A stretch of DNA of 64,000 nt, from NCBI GenBank assembly GCA_951406725.2, contig OX597823.1, positions 83,390,001-83,454,000 on the forward strand. The letters are read 5' to 3'. The stretch's first letter is position 1. Every line of letters begins with the position of its first letter. Below, in pieces: positions 52,122 through 64,000 of the stretch. Made by a program: the position numbers and the translations under genes. The notes below the pieces were generated by a model, which worked only from the letters and a program-made list of their open reading frames with translations, had not been told where the DNA came from and did not search any database. Source of the DNA: Octopus vulgaris (lineage: Eukaryota).

Positions 52122-53704
52122 TGTATGTATGATGTATGTATGTATATGCATGTATGTATCTATATAAACAAAAATAAATTAATAAAGCAATAATACAATA
52201 ATACACAAAAATGACAAAAAAATATAAAAAATCCAGCTTGCCAAAAATGAAAAAAAAAAGCAGGTTGATAAATTTACCAAGACAAAAATTATCAGGAAAC
52301 ACTAAAAATATTTCACACTAAATTAGGTTACTTTGTGTAATAGCTTTAAGCAGTTTTTCTAGTACACTATTAAAAAAATTGGGATTATTCAAAATAAAGT
52401 GAAACTAACAGTTAAGATGGAAAATGATGTTTATTTTTGTATATGTCCACTTCATCATCATCATCATCATCGTTTAATATCCGCTTTCAATGGATCAGAG
52501 TCGAAATCGATCAATGGAAATTGCAGATGTGTTACCAGTGCCGGTGGCATGTAAGAGAACTATCCGTTCGTGACCGTTGCCAGCGCCGCCCCGACTGGCC
52601 TCGTGCCGGTGGCACGTAAAAAGCACCATCCATTCGTGTCCGTTGCCAGCCTCGCCTGGCCCCCGTGCCGGTGGCACATAAAAAGCACCATCCGTTTGTG
52701 GCCGTTTGCCAGCTCTGTCTGGCACCTGTGCGGGTGACACGTAAAAAGCACCCACTACACTCACGGAGTGGTTGGCGTTAGGAAGGGCATCCAGCCGTAG
52801 AAACACTGCCAGATCTGACTAGACCTGATGAAGCCTTCCGGCTTCACAGACCCCAGTTGAACCGTCCAACCCATGCTAGCATGGAAAACGGACGCTAAAC
52901 GATGATGATGATGATGATGAATGCTAGCATGGGTTGGACGAGGTCTGGTGAACCAGATGGCTGCACCAGGCTCCAATCTGATCTGGCAGAGTTTCTACAG
53001 CTGGATGCCCTTCCTAATGCCAACCACTCCAAGAGTGTAATGGGTGCTTTTATGTATTACCGGCACGAGGGCCAGTCAGGCAGTACTGGCAAGGGCCATG
53101 CTCAAATGGTGCTTTTTATGTGCCACCTGCACAGGAGCCAGTCCAGCGGCACTGGCAACGACCTTGCTCGAATGTTTTTTCATGTGCCAGTATATTTCAA
53201 AAGTTTGCTCCCATTTTTTTTTTATTGCAATGTCTTTGATTAGATCCTCGTTATTCTTTAATGTAAGACTGCTTCTACACTTAGTAGAGATAAGCATCAA
53301 AACATCCCAAATATTATTTTAGCAAGTTTGAAGTGATTTCTTTTGAGCCATTTACCATTTCTGTAATGCCCCTACTACCCTTGATGTCCTAAGCACCTTC
53401 TTATTTTACTTAATCGTTGATCCAGTGCTGTGCACACACACACACACATAAAACTGGATTAAGAACCATAGAGGCCCTAAACATTAAAAAAAATGTTGGT
53501 GCTTCTACATATGTGCAATTCAAAATATAAACAAGAATAAACTATATAAATAAATACACACACACAGCTAGATTAAGAACCATAGAAGCCCTAAACACTT
53601 AAAAGATTTTGGTGCTCCTGCTGTGTTGTGCCTGTATCAAAAGAGAGTCGCTCATCTACTATCCATTGAAAAGTGAAGGAAATTAGAATACGATGATTTC
53701 TTAA

Positions 53705-53926
53705 CCCTTTCGTTACTGTATTTGTTTCGAGATTCTCCATGTTTCTTTCAATTCATTTAAAATTTAACAAAGGATTTAGTAAAATAACTTAGTTATCATA
53801 AAGCTAGTGTTAGGAACATAAATAGCGATTAAGGTTTGGTGGAAGATTTTAATTCAAAACTTATGAAAACTAGGCATTTGTACTACAGAGCCAGAGCCAG
53901 TTTCAGCCGGGTTGGTAATGAAAGGG
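53705..53926. mobile_element. piggyBac-type MITE
   Basis: TTAA TSDs at 53701-04 and 53927-30; TIRs CCCTTTCGTTAC / CCCTTTCATTAC. Confidence 0.85.
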
Positions 53927-54569
53927 TTAATGCACTTTACATATACACGTTATATACTTTATGCACAATTTTATAGACTAAATACACAGCACTCATCTTC
54001 TTTCTCTCTCTCTCTTTGCCTTACTCTCTTCTTTCCCTTCAACAAATCACATGAAAGTGGATTTCTTTATTATCCATAAAGGACTATACATAGATGGGGA
54101 CGGTACAATCTGGGAACTAAAAATAACAAAATAGGATGAATAAGCCGAAGAAATTTAAAAAAGAATGAATTATGATAAGATATTATAATGAGGCGCAATG
54201 TCCAATCGACCCCAAAGTCGAGTGGTTACATTTCTTTCTATAATTGATTTTCTCAAAGATTACAACTAAACCACATGAAAGTGTTACAGATGAGCTAAGT
54301 AACAGAGGAAGAAAACTTAAAGAAAATTACATATTTCTCTCCCCACCCCTTTCCCTTTCAACTAACCACGTGGAAGCATTACAGATGGGGTAAGAAACAG
54401 AGGAACAAGCAGATTTATTATAAGATTATTGTTTTTATTATTGAGTGTGAGAGCAGTGCATGCCATCAGAGTGACACTGGGGTACAATATACAAAACCTA
54501 GTATACCTATCATAACTACCTGTCTGATAACAGTACACTTGGCAGAATTTGAACTCTTGTAAGGAAAAT

Positions 54570-54727
54570 CATCAGGTGGTGCAGAGGACAGTAAGAATTA
54601 CATTAAGATACGTTTGGAATATACAGAATATATAAACGTGTTTACTGCACACATAGTAAACGTGTTTAAATATTCTATATTGTGAAAGTATCTTAATATA
54701 ATTTTTATTGCCCTCTGCACACCTTGA
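54570..54727. repeat. Imperfect fold-back element
   Basis: gtgcagaggacagtaagaattacattaagatac...aaacgtgtttact / agtaaacgtgttt...gtatcttaatataatttttattgccctctgcac. Confidence 0.65.
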
Positions 54728-55977
54728 TTTAAAATGCAAAATTATATATTTATATATGTTTTGTAATTTTAATCTTATTTGAGAAATAAAACAATTGTTG
54801 GTGAATGTGTTGATTAATAAATTAATTTGTATCCATTAGATCTCTCTGTTTTCTAACTTGATAAAAATGTTTGATATCTTACGATATTCTATATAATATA
54901 TTCATTGAAGAATCATCTCTTCAAAGTTTAAAATATTAAACCAGTGTATCTTGGATAAATACCTCTATAAGATATTCTCTGATACAGTTACAGGGTGTGG
55001 CTCTCATGGCTTCTGATCTTAACTGATTGGAAGTGCTATGTAGGAAAGAATTACAACCGTGTTTCGTGGTCTGCTACCACAACAGCTCCTTTATAGGATC
55101 CAGTTAGCTCAAGACATCATCAGGAGGAACCACGTCCGGTTTCGGCCCCTACTCCTCTACCGTTTTGACGTGGTGGAGCCCCCTCTTTCGGAGGTGTCTT
55201 CAGCTCTGGTGTTGGGTGAATGCCTTCTTTCTTCTGTTCCCTGGCCTCTTCGATGTATCGTCAGTGAGTGTCAGCCGGTGACTGACTGACTGACTTGTCA
55301 AATTTTCCCTTTTGGTGTAAAAGATGGGCTACAGTAAATTTTCTGCTCAATACCACAGATTTGTTTGTCATAGCTATGTGATGAGAGGCATTCTTTTGGG
55401 GTTTGAATAATTCACCTCTGGAAACATGGGTGTTTCATTCAACACCCATTCAGGGACCTTTTGAGTGGAATGGACTACTCGACCTAAAGAAAATTCTAAC
55501 TGGGCTCCACCTTGAAGGTCATGCATTGTTTGTCTTGATATGAAATCACCACGTTATTCTCGTCTCCCTCTCACATACACAGACACCAGCACCATTGCTC
55601 TCTCTGTCTCTTCACATACACACCACACTTTCTGTCTTGCACACCCCATCAAACACACACACACATATGTCACACCAACTTCGAAAGAACTTCCCTGATC
55701 CATTCGCGCTTCTCTGTCTCTTTTACGCCGACTTCAAAAGATCCCCTTCGCCACCCCATATGTAAAAAAATTAAGCAAACCGACGATCTTCTTCAGAAAT
55801 GTAAATAAAGCCACGTGGTTTATAAGTGACAGTCTTGTTACTAATACCGTAAGATCGCCCTTGAACCATCTGGTTACTGTACCTTCACCTTTCGCACGAT
55901 AAATATTTTTAGTTGCTTCCCACGACGTTTATGGCCCAGATCAAACGAGTAAAACATAAGTTCTCGAATCAGACTAC

Positions 55978-56244
55978 GGTACTATTTAAGAACAGTGGTC
56001 CCGGTGCGCGCACTCGTGCATCCGCGCTAGATAGTCGATCCTACAACGACTACCAAGCAAAGTAAATAATTTTTTTGAACAAAGTGGTGCCCCAGCATGG
56101 CCGCAGCCTTCGGACTGACACATTTTTAAGGATTTAAGGAAAGTAAATAAAACAGAAAAACACAAAATAAGGATCGACTAGTCGTGACTAGCTAGCGCGG
56201 ATGCGCGAGTGCGCGCACCGGGACCACTGTTCTTAAGTAGTACC
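55978..56244. mobile_element. Merlin-like MITE (GGTAC termini, ~60-bp TIRs, 8-bp TSD) with nested retro-tail
   Basis: TIRs GGTACTATTTAAGAACAGTGGTCCCGGTGCGCGCACTCG.. / GGTACTACTTAAGAACAGTGGTCCCGG... TSD CAGACTAC at 55970-77 and 56245-52. Confidence 0.85.
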
Positions 56245-57463
56245 CAGACTACGTTGCACGTTCTTATGTGCGGCTTTGTCCGAGAACCCATAAACACGAT
56301 ACCACCAACTTCAGACAGTACCTATTTCTTTATTACCCACAAGGGGCCAAACATAGAGGGAACAAATAAGGACAGACATAGGTATTAAGTCGATTACATC
56401 GACCCAGTGCGGAACTGGTACTTAATTTATCGACCCCCGAAAGGATGAAAGGCAACGGCTTCAGCTGTTTCGCTCATGTGAGATAAACGTCGCAAACTTG
56501 CACTTGCGCAGATGTTACAAAACTTTAAATGCCGCCGTGATACAAAACGAAAGTACTAGTTACATAGTAGTAGGCTAGTTATTTGTAGTTTCATTACTAA
56601 ATGCTTTCATCGTCTATTTCATAAAAGGATAATTAAATGTATAACTAAACGCCAGGACAATACTTACTTATTGAAAAATAACTTGTTACGGCAGTTTTTC
56701 GTTAATGATTTACCAAACAAAAGTTAGTTGTGCAACTTCTGGCTAAATATATATATCTCAAAATATTGTTAGAGATAGAAACATCCACAACTTCATCAAC
56801 TCCAAACGATATTAACTCAACCAAATAATATACTATTTATATTCATAATCCAAAATGAAGTTGTGAGTGTTTCTATCTTTAATATTTTGATATATATATG
56901 AATTAATTATTGAGAGTAATTCAATTTAATATTTTTAATTTGAATATCTGATTCATGTGGCACTGGACTCGATATTCCCTAATAATAATAATTATTATTA
57001 ATTATATATATATATAGACGAGTACTATTTTTTCCACTTCTTTCTCTTTCGCTCTCTCTCTCTCACACACACACGAATACAGTACAGATTATAAAGTGGG
57101 GGATTACTCACGATTTGTAAATTAACACACGAGCTTTAAAAATTCAAATTTACATAGCAATGAAACTAAATGCCGACAATCTTCCTTAAATACATGCCTT
57201 GCTAACAAAGTGGAGATTCGCAAATGTTTAATTTCTTTTAGTAGAAAGTAGATAGCTAAGGATTATCTTTCTCTTAAATGTACAACCGATCCGTTATATT
57301 TAAATTTTTAAAAATACATGAAATTAAAGCACTATATATATGTATATATATATATATAAATAACAATAATATCGATATTTAAATATCGATCTTATCAAGC
57401 GCCAGCATGGGAATAAATACCATACAAAGGTACTAATTATTTAAAACTATTAATTACTGTATT

Positions 57464-57605
57464 TGAGAGATACCACCATGCTGAAATAGCAGTCAAAACC
57501 CTGACCCTAAAGCCACCTTAAATGTTCATATAGCGCTATATGAACATTTAAGGTGGCTTTAGGGTCAGGGTTTTGACTGCTATTTCAGCATGGTGGTATC
57601 TCTCA
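57464..57605. repeat. Perfect 142-bp spacer-less palindrome
   Basis: Centre ag c|g ct at 57534/57535. Arms are exact reverse complements as read. Related partly deleted copy at ~20565..20680. Confidence 0.9.
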
Positions 57606-58410
57606 GATACCCTAATTTATAGTTTTATATATAAATATATAATCAAAATAAACAAGGATAATCACCCCATTTTGAATTATATGGATAATACCATACCAAA
57701 TTCTGGTGCCTTTAACTTAAGTACCATATTCAACTGAATCTATCTATCTATCTATATATATATATATATATATATAACGTTGCGTTTGGAAGCACTCAAA
57801 GAGATGTGTAGAAATAAACAAAATTTCAAAATTATTGCAGGCATATAAACAAGGAAAAGCCAAGATACATCGATCAACAATATAAACATCCAATTAGTAA
57901 ATGCGAAATTGTTAACTCATCTAAAGTGTATCTACACCTGATTATACATACACTTTAGATGAGTTGTAGTGCACCTGAGCACTGTACACAATGTTATTAT
58001 TATTATAAGGTCTTCAGTTGCTGTAATTATTTGTAATATGATATAAAACATGTGCGGCGTTATAAAATAACCCGGTGCTGGAAGTTTAAGAAAACAGAAC
58101 TTGTTAAATTAAGAGGATAATTAACAATCAAAGGTACATTTCAAAAAGATAATAAAACACGATATTGTTTTAAAATAAATATATTTCTCTTAATTTTTTT
58201 TTTTTTTTTGTTCAATTAAAAAAATTTTGCAGTGTTTATCAAGGCAGTGATATCTGGATATCGACAATGTTTTTAATTTATATCTGTCTTTAAATTTTTT
58301 TATATTGAACAGAGATCATATTGAGAAACATGAATAATGAAGTGTAAAAGTTTGAGAAATGATAACACGACCTGAAATATATACTTTAAATAGCGCGGGT
58401 ATAAACTTTT

Positions 58411-59487
58411 TTATGTGTGTGTTAGTGTATTACAGTCACAATTGAAGTTTTTGATTTCCTCGTAAATAAGTCCTAACCATTCTATTTTGTTTAATTCCAT
58501 AGTGGCATATCTGTCACAAAAACGTGGTGCATGCATAAAATCAGTCTGTTGGAAATGGTCTTCGAAGAAACAATGTTTCATTGCATCGTCCACAGAGATT
58601 CGGTTATCTACGTCTAAATTAAATATTTGATCCAAAAGATTAAGTGTATCTTCATCTTTGGTATTAAAAAAAGTTGAGAAATCCTGCTTTACAAAAGTAC
58701 CGTATTGTTTTATCATAGCAACAGCTTCTTCACAAGTAAATTTCTTTAGCATTTCATAATCCGGTGTTCCGACAAGACATAAGATCTGCTTCATTTGGTC
58801 AGAGAAATTATGCCCCCGTATCACAGCTCGTTTTGTTAACATTTCACCCAGGATACAACCCACAGACCACACATCGGCTGTCTGATTGTATTTTTCCCAG
58901 TTAAGGATTATTTCTGGAGCTCGGTACCATCGGGTTTGCACATAACCCGTCATTTTAAGACTGACCTGTCGGGCCAGGCCAAAATCCATAATTTTGATGC
59001 AGTTATCAGCAGTAACCCCGATGTTGCTGGGTTTCAAATCACGGTGGATGACCCCGGCTGAATGAATATAATAAAGTCCACAGAACATTTGGTAGACCAG
59101 GGACTTGATGAGGGGTAACCCCATCTCCTCGCTGTCCAACATCATTTTTAAATCTCTCGGATAGAATGTGGAAACAAGGTAGAGATTATCCAAATCATTT
59201 TTACATATTGCTGTTGTAAATGTATCGACCAGATCGATAACATTTTTGTGTTTCATGTGCTTTAGCAAGCATATTTCGCGGTATGTACGTTTGGTGTCCA
59301 TTAACGTGACAAACGGCCGCGACAGTTTTTTGATGGCCACTGTGGAGTTCGTAAGTTTGTTATGAGCCATTGACACATGGCTGAAACTGCCTCCTCCTAT
59401 ATATTCCAAACAACTGTAATAGTTTGGATGCATCCATTTAATACCGAATTCCTCGGTGACTTCGAAGGACGCTGGGATGTTATCCAT
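58411..59487 (-). CDS. p38: Intronless p38-family MAP kinase (divergent paralogue, 358 aa)
   Basis: Uninterrupted ORF with GGGSFS, VAIKK, KRTYREICLLKHMKH, HRDLKPSN, DFGLAR, TGYVQTRWYRAPE and LNWEKYNQT. Collinear with the 5166 kinase. Confidence 0.95.
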   Translation of the reverse strand: MDNIPASFEVTEEFGIKWMHPNYYSCLEYIGGGSFSHVSMAHNKLTNSTVAIKKLSRPFVTLMDTKRTYREICLLKHMKHKNVIDLVDTFTTAICKNDLDNLYLVSTFYPRDLKMMLDSEEMGLPLIKSLVYQMFCGLYYIHSAGVIHRDLKPSNIGVTADNCIKIMDFGLARQVSLKMTGYVQTRWYRAPEIILNWEKYNQTADVWSVGCILGEMLTKRAVIRGHNFSDQMKQILCLVGTPDYEMLKKFTCEEAVAMIKQYGTFVKQDFSTFFNTKDEDTLNLLDQIFNLDVDNRISVDDAMKHCFFEDHFQQTDFMHAPRFCDRYATMELNKIEWLGLIYEEIKNFNCDCNTLTHT

Positions 59488-61093
59488 TGGATCTGTTTCT
59501 CTTCTCAGCGCCTTTATAATTAGTTACAAATCCGAGAAAGTATTACGCGATGTCTCCTCTCTCCAGCTTTCATAACAATTATGAGCAGAGGCGAACGAGA
59601 TGACAATATTTATAACGTTAGCCTCGAAGATAACGGGAAAAACTATATTTCCCCGAGAATTATTGATGTTCTATAAATAGCTGAATTCGAAGAAAGCATG
59701 TTAGTTTTCATGTTAACACGTGTTTTCTTATTTAGATGTATATTTACTAACCACGAAATATATTTCGCTGATTATAAAATATTCTATTAAATATAAAAAG
59801 AAAAAAAAATCGTTCAAAGTTTGCGTACTTCATTTATAATGACCTAGATATTCAATTTCGTTAATTTAAATATTATATATTATGTTATATCATATTATAT
59901 TATGTTATACTATAGAAGAAAGTTCTTTATTACAATTCATTTAATTTTTTGTAGGCTCTAAGTGTGCAAGCTATGACCTTAAGGGAGATGTGATTACTAT
60001 TTTTAGCAAGTCAAGCACACACGTAGAGGCCTCCATCTCGGTTCAAGAATGAAAAAAACGCATTAAGTTCTGTAAAACAATTATGTGCATAATATAAAAC
60101 AACTGAGTGTGCATTAAATGAGGTAGTGCTGCTATTTCTAGCAAGTAAAGCAGCCACGTAGAGATTACAAGTTTTCTATATTGAATGAATAATAACGTGG
60201 GAGAGCTTTACATATTTTATTTTGTTAGAAATAGCAGTAAAATTTTACCACAATTGACATTTTTTTTTATTAACGCAAAAGAGAAAGAGAAAAAAGATAT
60301 TAGACAATGTTGTTCCCGATGGAATGGACACGGCTGGACTCTGATCACAAATTTAGACATAAATATGCAAAACAACTCACAAATTTTATGCCTAAATCCG
60401 GGTCCAGTTTCATCCGCAATTTAGGGGTCGGGAAACCAGAATAAAATATTTACAAAATTGAAAAGAACGTGTCCGATTTTTTTTTACACATGCGCGCGCC
60501 GATGCACAAAAGCAACCTTTTATCTAGAGGGCTCCAACCATGATTATCCTGATTTTTTAAAAGCGTTCCAACTGTGACCATCCAGTCTTTTCCTAAAGCC
60601 TTAAAACTGTAACTAGTCTTTTTTTAAGCGCTCCGACTGTGATCATCACCAGGGTTAGGGTTAGGTTTAGCGTTACTATTATTGCAATGCACTTAATTAT
60701 AGCAGCTGGATTGAGATCGCCAAGAAGTTAAATAACAAGACGGTTACTGGATATGCTAGAAATAACAGCCAAATCATTACTGAAATGCCTTTGATCATAG
60801 GGGTCAGTCGAGTTAAGGGCATGTCATTAGTTATTTGTTGTTTAGCCTCGGATCAAGTTTAGCCTCGGATCAAATAAAAAATTTAAAATAAATTTATATA
60901 TATATAAAAATTTATAAGTATAAATTAATAATTTAAATTTTTTTTTTAAATTTTAACTTTAAATTTAAATAATTTAAATTTTGAATTTTATATTTTATAT
61001 ATTTTGTATATTATATTAATTAATTTTATTTCTATGTTTTGGTTTATGTTTTTCACTGTTTGATTTGCCTAATAGTGGTTTTATCTCTAATTT

Positions 61094-61167
<74 letters not shown>

Positions 61168-61256
61168 AATATGTGTACATATAAATACATATAAACATAT
61201 TTATACACACATACACACACACGTATGTGTACATATATAGGCCACCACGAAGTACA

Positions 61257-61831
61257 GTGTCTGAGGAGAGTCATTCTGTTTTAATGCATTATCAATTAAC
61301 ACACGCACCGGTTCGATTTCCACTCATTTATTTTTTGCTCAAACTTTTGTTGCTGTTTGCACTCTCTTCAATAGTAATTGAAATGTCAATGAGAAGAATG
61401 ATTGCACATGCAATAGGGGCTAGCATAAAAACCACCTTGAAGAACCACATAGTAAAGTTTAACAGAAAACTATATATGCAGGTTCAAGGTGTAGCCATTG
61501 GTGTCGGTGTGGTTGGAGAAGTGTGGCCGGCCCCTTCATGACCTGGCGGGGCAGAAAACTTAAACAATCCTAGCTGAACAATCCACAACTGTTTTGCTTT
61601 AATGTAGGTATGTAGATGACATTAATATTCTAGTTAGGACAGACTCTAGTAACTGTAGTGTAGAGACAGAGGGGAGCATAATGGAGAGCATCCAGCTCAT
61701 AAAAACGAGAGTCAACGACTATTGAAGAGGCTGCAAGAAGCAAAGAAACTTTTAGAAAATATGAGTAGAAATCGAACCGGTGGGTGTGTTAATTAATAAG
61801 ACATTCAAACAGAATGACTCTCCCCAGACAC
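61257..61831 (+). mobile_element. Penelope-like reverse transcriptase fragment between short inverted repeats
   Basis: FNRKLYMQVQGVAIG and RYVDDINIL (PLE RT motifs). Flanks gtgtctgaggagagtcattctgttt / aaacagaatgactctccccagacac. Confidence 0.7.
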
Positions 61832-61959
61832 AATAAAATATGCTTCAATACACGAATTCACAAAGAGAATTTGCAAACTAATTACAAAAACGATATATAT
61901 ATATACGTTTAAATATTTGTTGTGCAAGATTTTTTATGTGAAGTCGTGTGTTGAAACAG

Positions 61960-62395
61960 ATATTGTTGTATTTAGGAATGGTCATTTTGCCAGTTTAGCC
62001 AATAAAAACACATGTACTATATATTTGGTGTTACTTTGCTTCAGTGTTATTTATTTTTTACATTAATCTTAATCTTATTTCGGCCAGAGTTCTTTCGTCA
62101 CACTCCTGTGACCGCATCAGTGGTCCTTTGTTTTCTTCTTACTTATTTGTGTCTCTCCTTACTAACCGTCAGCCATTTTCAGAAAATGGTTAGTAAGGAG
62201 AGACACAAATAAGAAAGAAGAAAAGAAAGGACCACTGATGCGGTCACAGGAGTGTGACGAAAGAACTCTGGCCGAAATAAGATTAAGATTAATGTAAAAA
62301 ATAAATAACACTGAAGCAAAGTAACACCAAATATATAGTGCCTGTGTTTTTATTGGCTAAACTGGCAAAATCACCATTCCTAAATACAACAATAT
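61960..62395. repeat. Long near-perfect fold-back (~208-bp arms, ~20-nt loop)
   Basis: 61960..62167 is complementary to 62188..62395 with few mismatches. Same family as 14336..14604. Confidence 0.9.
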
Positions 62396-62412
62396 ATATA
62401 TATATATATATA

Positions 62413-62788
62413 TCTTCTCTCTATATATAAACGGCAGTTTGTCTGTGTGTGTTTCTGTGTGTCTGTTAGGTTGTACCCTCACCCTGACCATGGCTTTCAA
62501 CCGATTCTGATGAAACTTAACACACACATAGCCCAATGTCATAATTCAAAACTAACGCAGCGAAAGTTTTGAAAAGTTCCCCCAGTTCTGAAAAAAATCG
62601 ATAAATTCGACATGGGGTCGAGAATCAGAAACACAAACCACAGACTGTCTAGGGGACGCAACTCGACCTTTTTAACTAAAAAAAAAATTTTTACCATAAT
62701 TTTTTTTCCATTTTTTGGCTATAACTCTCTAAAAATGCTTTATAGTTATTTCCCTTACAAACCCGAGCAACGCCGGGCGATACTGCTA

Positions 62789-62789
<1 letters not shown>
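62413..62789 (+). mobile_element. Non-autonomous Helitron
   Basis: A|TC start within (TA)n; 3' end cccgagcaacgccgggcgatactgCTAG|T is nearly identical to that of 8403..8916. Confidence 0.85.
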
Positions 62790-62865
<76 letters not shown>

Positions 62866-63148
62866 TTGTATTTCTGGATGGTATATATTATTTGGGGGAG
62901 CAACTTTTTTTTATCGAAAGTGTATAAGTTGTTAAATGATCGAAATACAAAACTAGGAAAACAGCCAACAACTGATAAAGGGTCGTTCTTTATGTTGTTT
63001 GTTTTGTTTTCCATTTGTGTCTTTCGTTGTTCGAAAGAATAGTTTATGTTCCATGTATTTGTGCTTCGCACATTTTTGCTGTACATTTTTCGTGGCGTCA
63101 TTTGCTCTTTCTCTCTCACACATACACACACACACATATATGATGGAT

Positions 63149-63530
63149 GGAAGCACTCCGTCGGTTCCGACGACGAGGGTTCCGGTTGATCCGATCAACG
63201 GAACAGCCTGCTCGTGGAATTAACGTGCAAGTAGCTGAGCACTCCACAGACACGTGTACCCTTAACGTAGTTCTTGGGGATATTCAGCGTGACACAGAGA
63301 GTGACAAGACTGGCCCTTTGAAATACAGGTACAACAGAAACAGGAAGAAAGCGTGAGAGAAAGTTGTGGTGAAAGAGAGTACAGCAGGGATCACCACCAT
63401 CCCTGCCGGAGCCTCGTGGAGCTTTAGGTGTCTTCGCTCAATAAACACTCACAATGCCCGGTCTGGGAATCGAAACCGCGATCCTATGACCGCGAGTCCG
63501 CTGCCCTAACCACTGGGCCATTGCGCCTCC
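63149..63530 (-). mobile_element. tRNA-derived SINE (family C)
   Basis: Closely similar to 231..615, with A/B-box head. Confidence 0.85.
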
Positions 63531-63604
63531 ACACACACACACATATATATATGGAAAAAAAAGTCAAGATAGAAAATGCTAAAATAATTTTATAAAAAAC
63601 ATTT

Positions 63605-63640
63605 CAGTACCGATTTCGGTCTTTGAGACTTTTTCAACTG
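63605..63640 (-). ncRNA. Minimal hammerhead motif, U3-A8 core variant
   Basis: Minus strand: cag-TTGAAAA-agtct-caa-agacc-GAAATCGGT-A-ctg. Confidence 0.5.
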
Positions 63641-63742
63641 TAAGTATGGAAGACAATTAAATTTTGGAAAAATTAGAAGAAAAGTTTTTTTAAAGAATAT
63701 TTGCGCAGTGCTCAAATACAAGTGGTATTTTCCTTGTTTCTG

Positions 63743-64000
<258 letters not shown>

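Noticed and set aside
59513-59518. TATAAA upstream of kinase 2
   Set aside because: Only ~26 nt from the ATG, leaving almost no 5' UTR; unsupported without TSS data.
60651-60670. TTAGGG telomere-like repeats
   Set aside because: Only 2-3 imperfect units; too short to call an interstitial telomere.

Overview
AT-rich, repeat-dense eukaryotic DNA. The SINE families and heavy (TA)n/(CA)n load look like an octopod cephalopod (inference from repeat recognition). The only clear host protein-coding genes are two intronless, convergently oriented, divergent p38-type MAP kinases (5166..6260 + and 58411..59487 -). They share unusual derived residues (TGYVQT activation loop, Ser gatekeeper with STxYPxDL hinge, altered Gly-loop, eroded docking sites). 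The ~52 kb between them is transposon-derived. It holds a full-length Buster-type hAT with TIRs and an 8-bp TSD nested in a LINE, Tc1/mariner relics, piggyBac and Merlin-like MITEs, non-autonomous Helitrons, RTE and CR1/L2-like LINE fragments, Penelope-like remnants with several minimal hammerhead-ribozyme motifs, three tRNA-type SINE families, local duplications and many long fold-backs. The most notable non-coding signals are the hammerheads with covarying stems, a covarying 3' stem-loop shared by a LINE and the dominant SINE, and a consensus RFX X-box at a CpG boundary that may mark an unannotated spliced gene. All alignments were made by eye.
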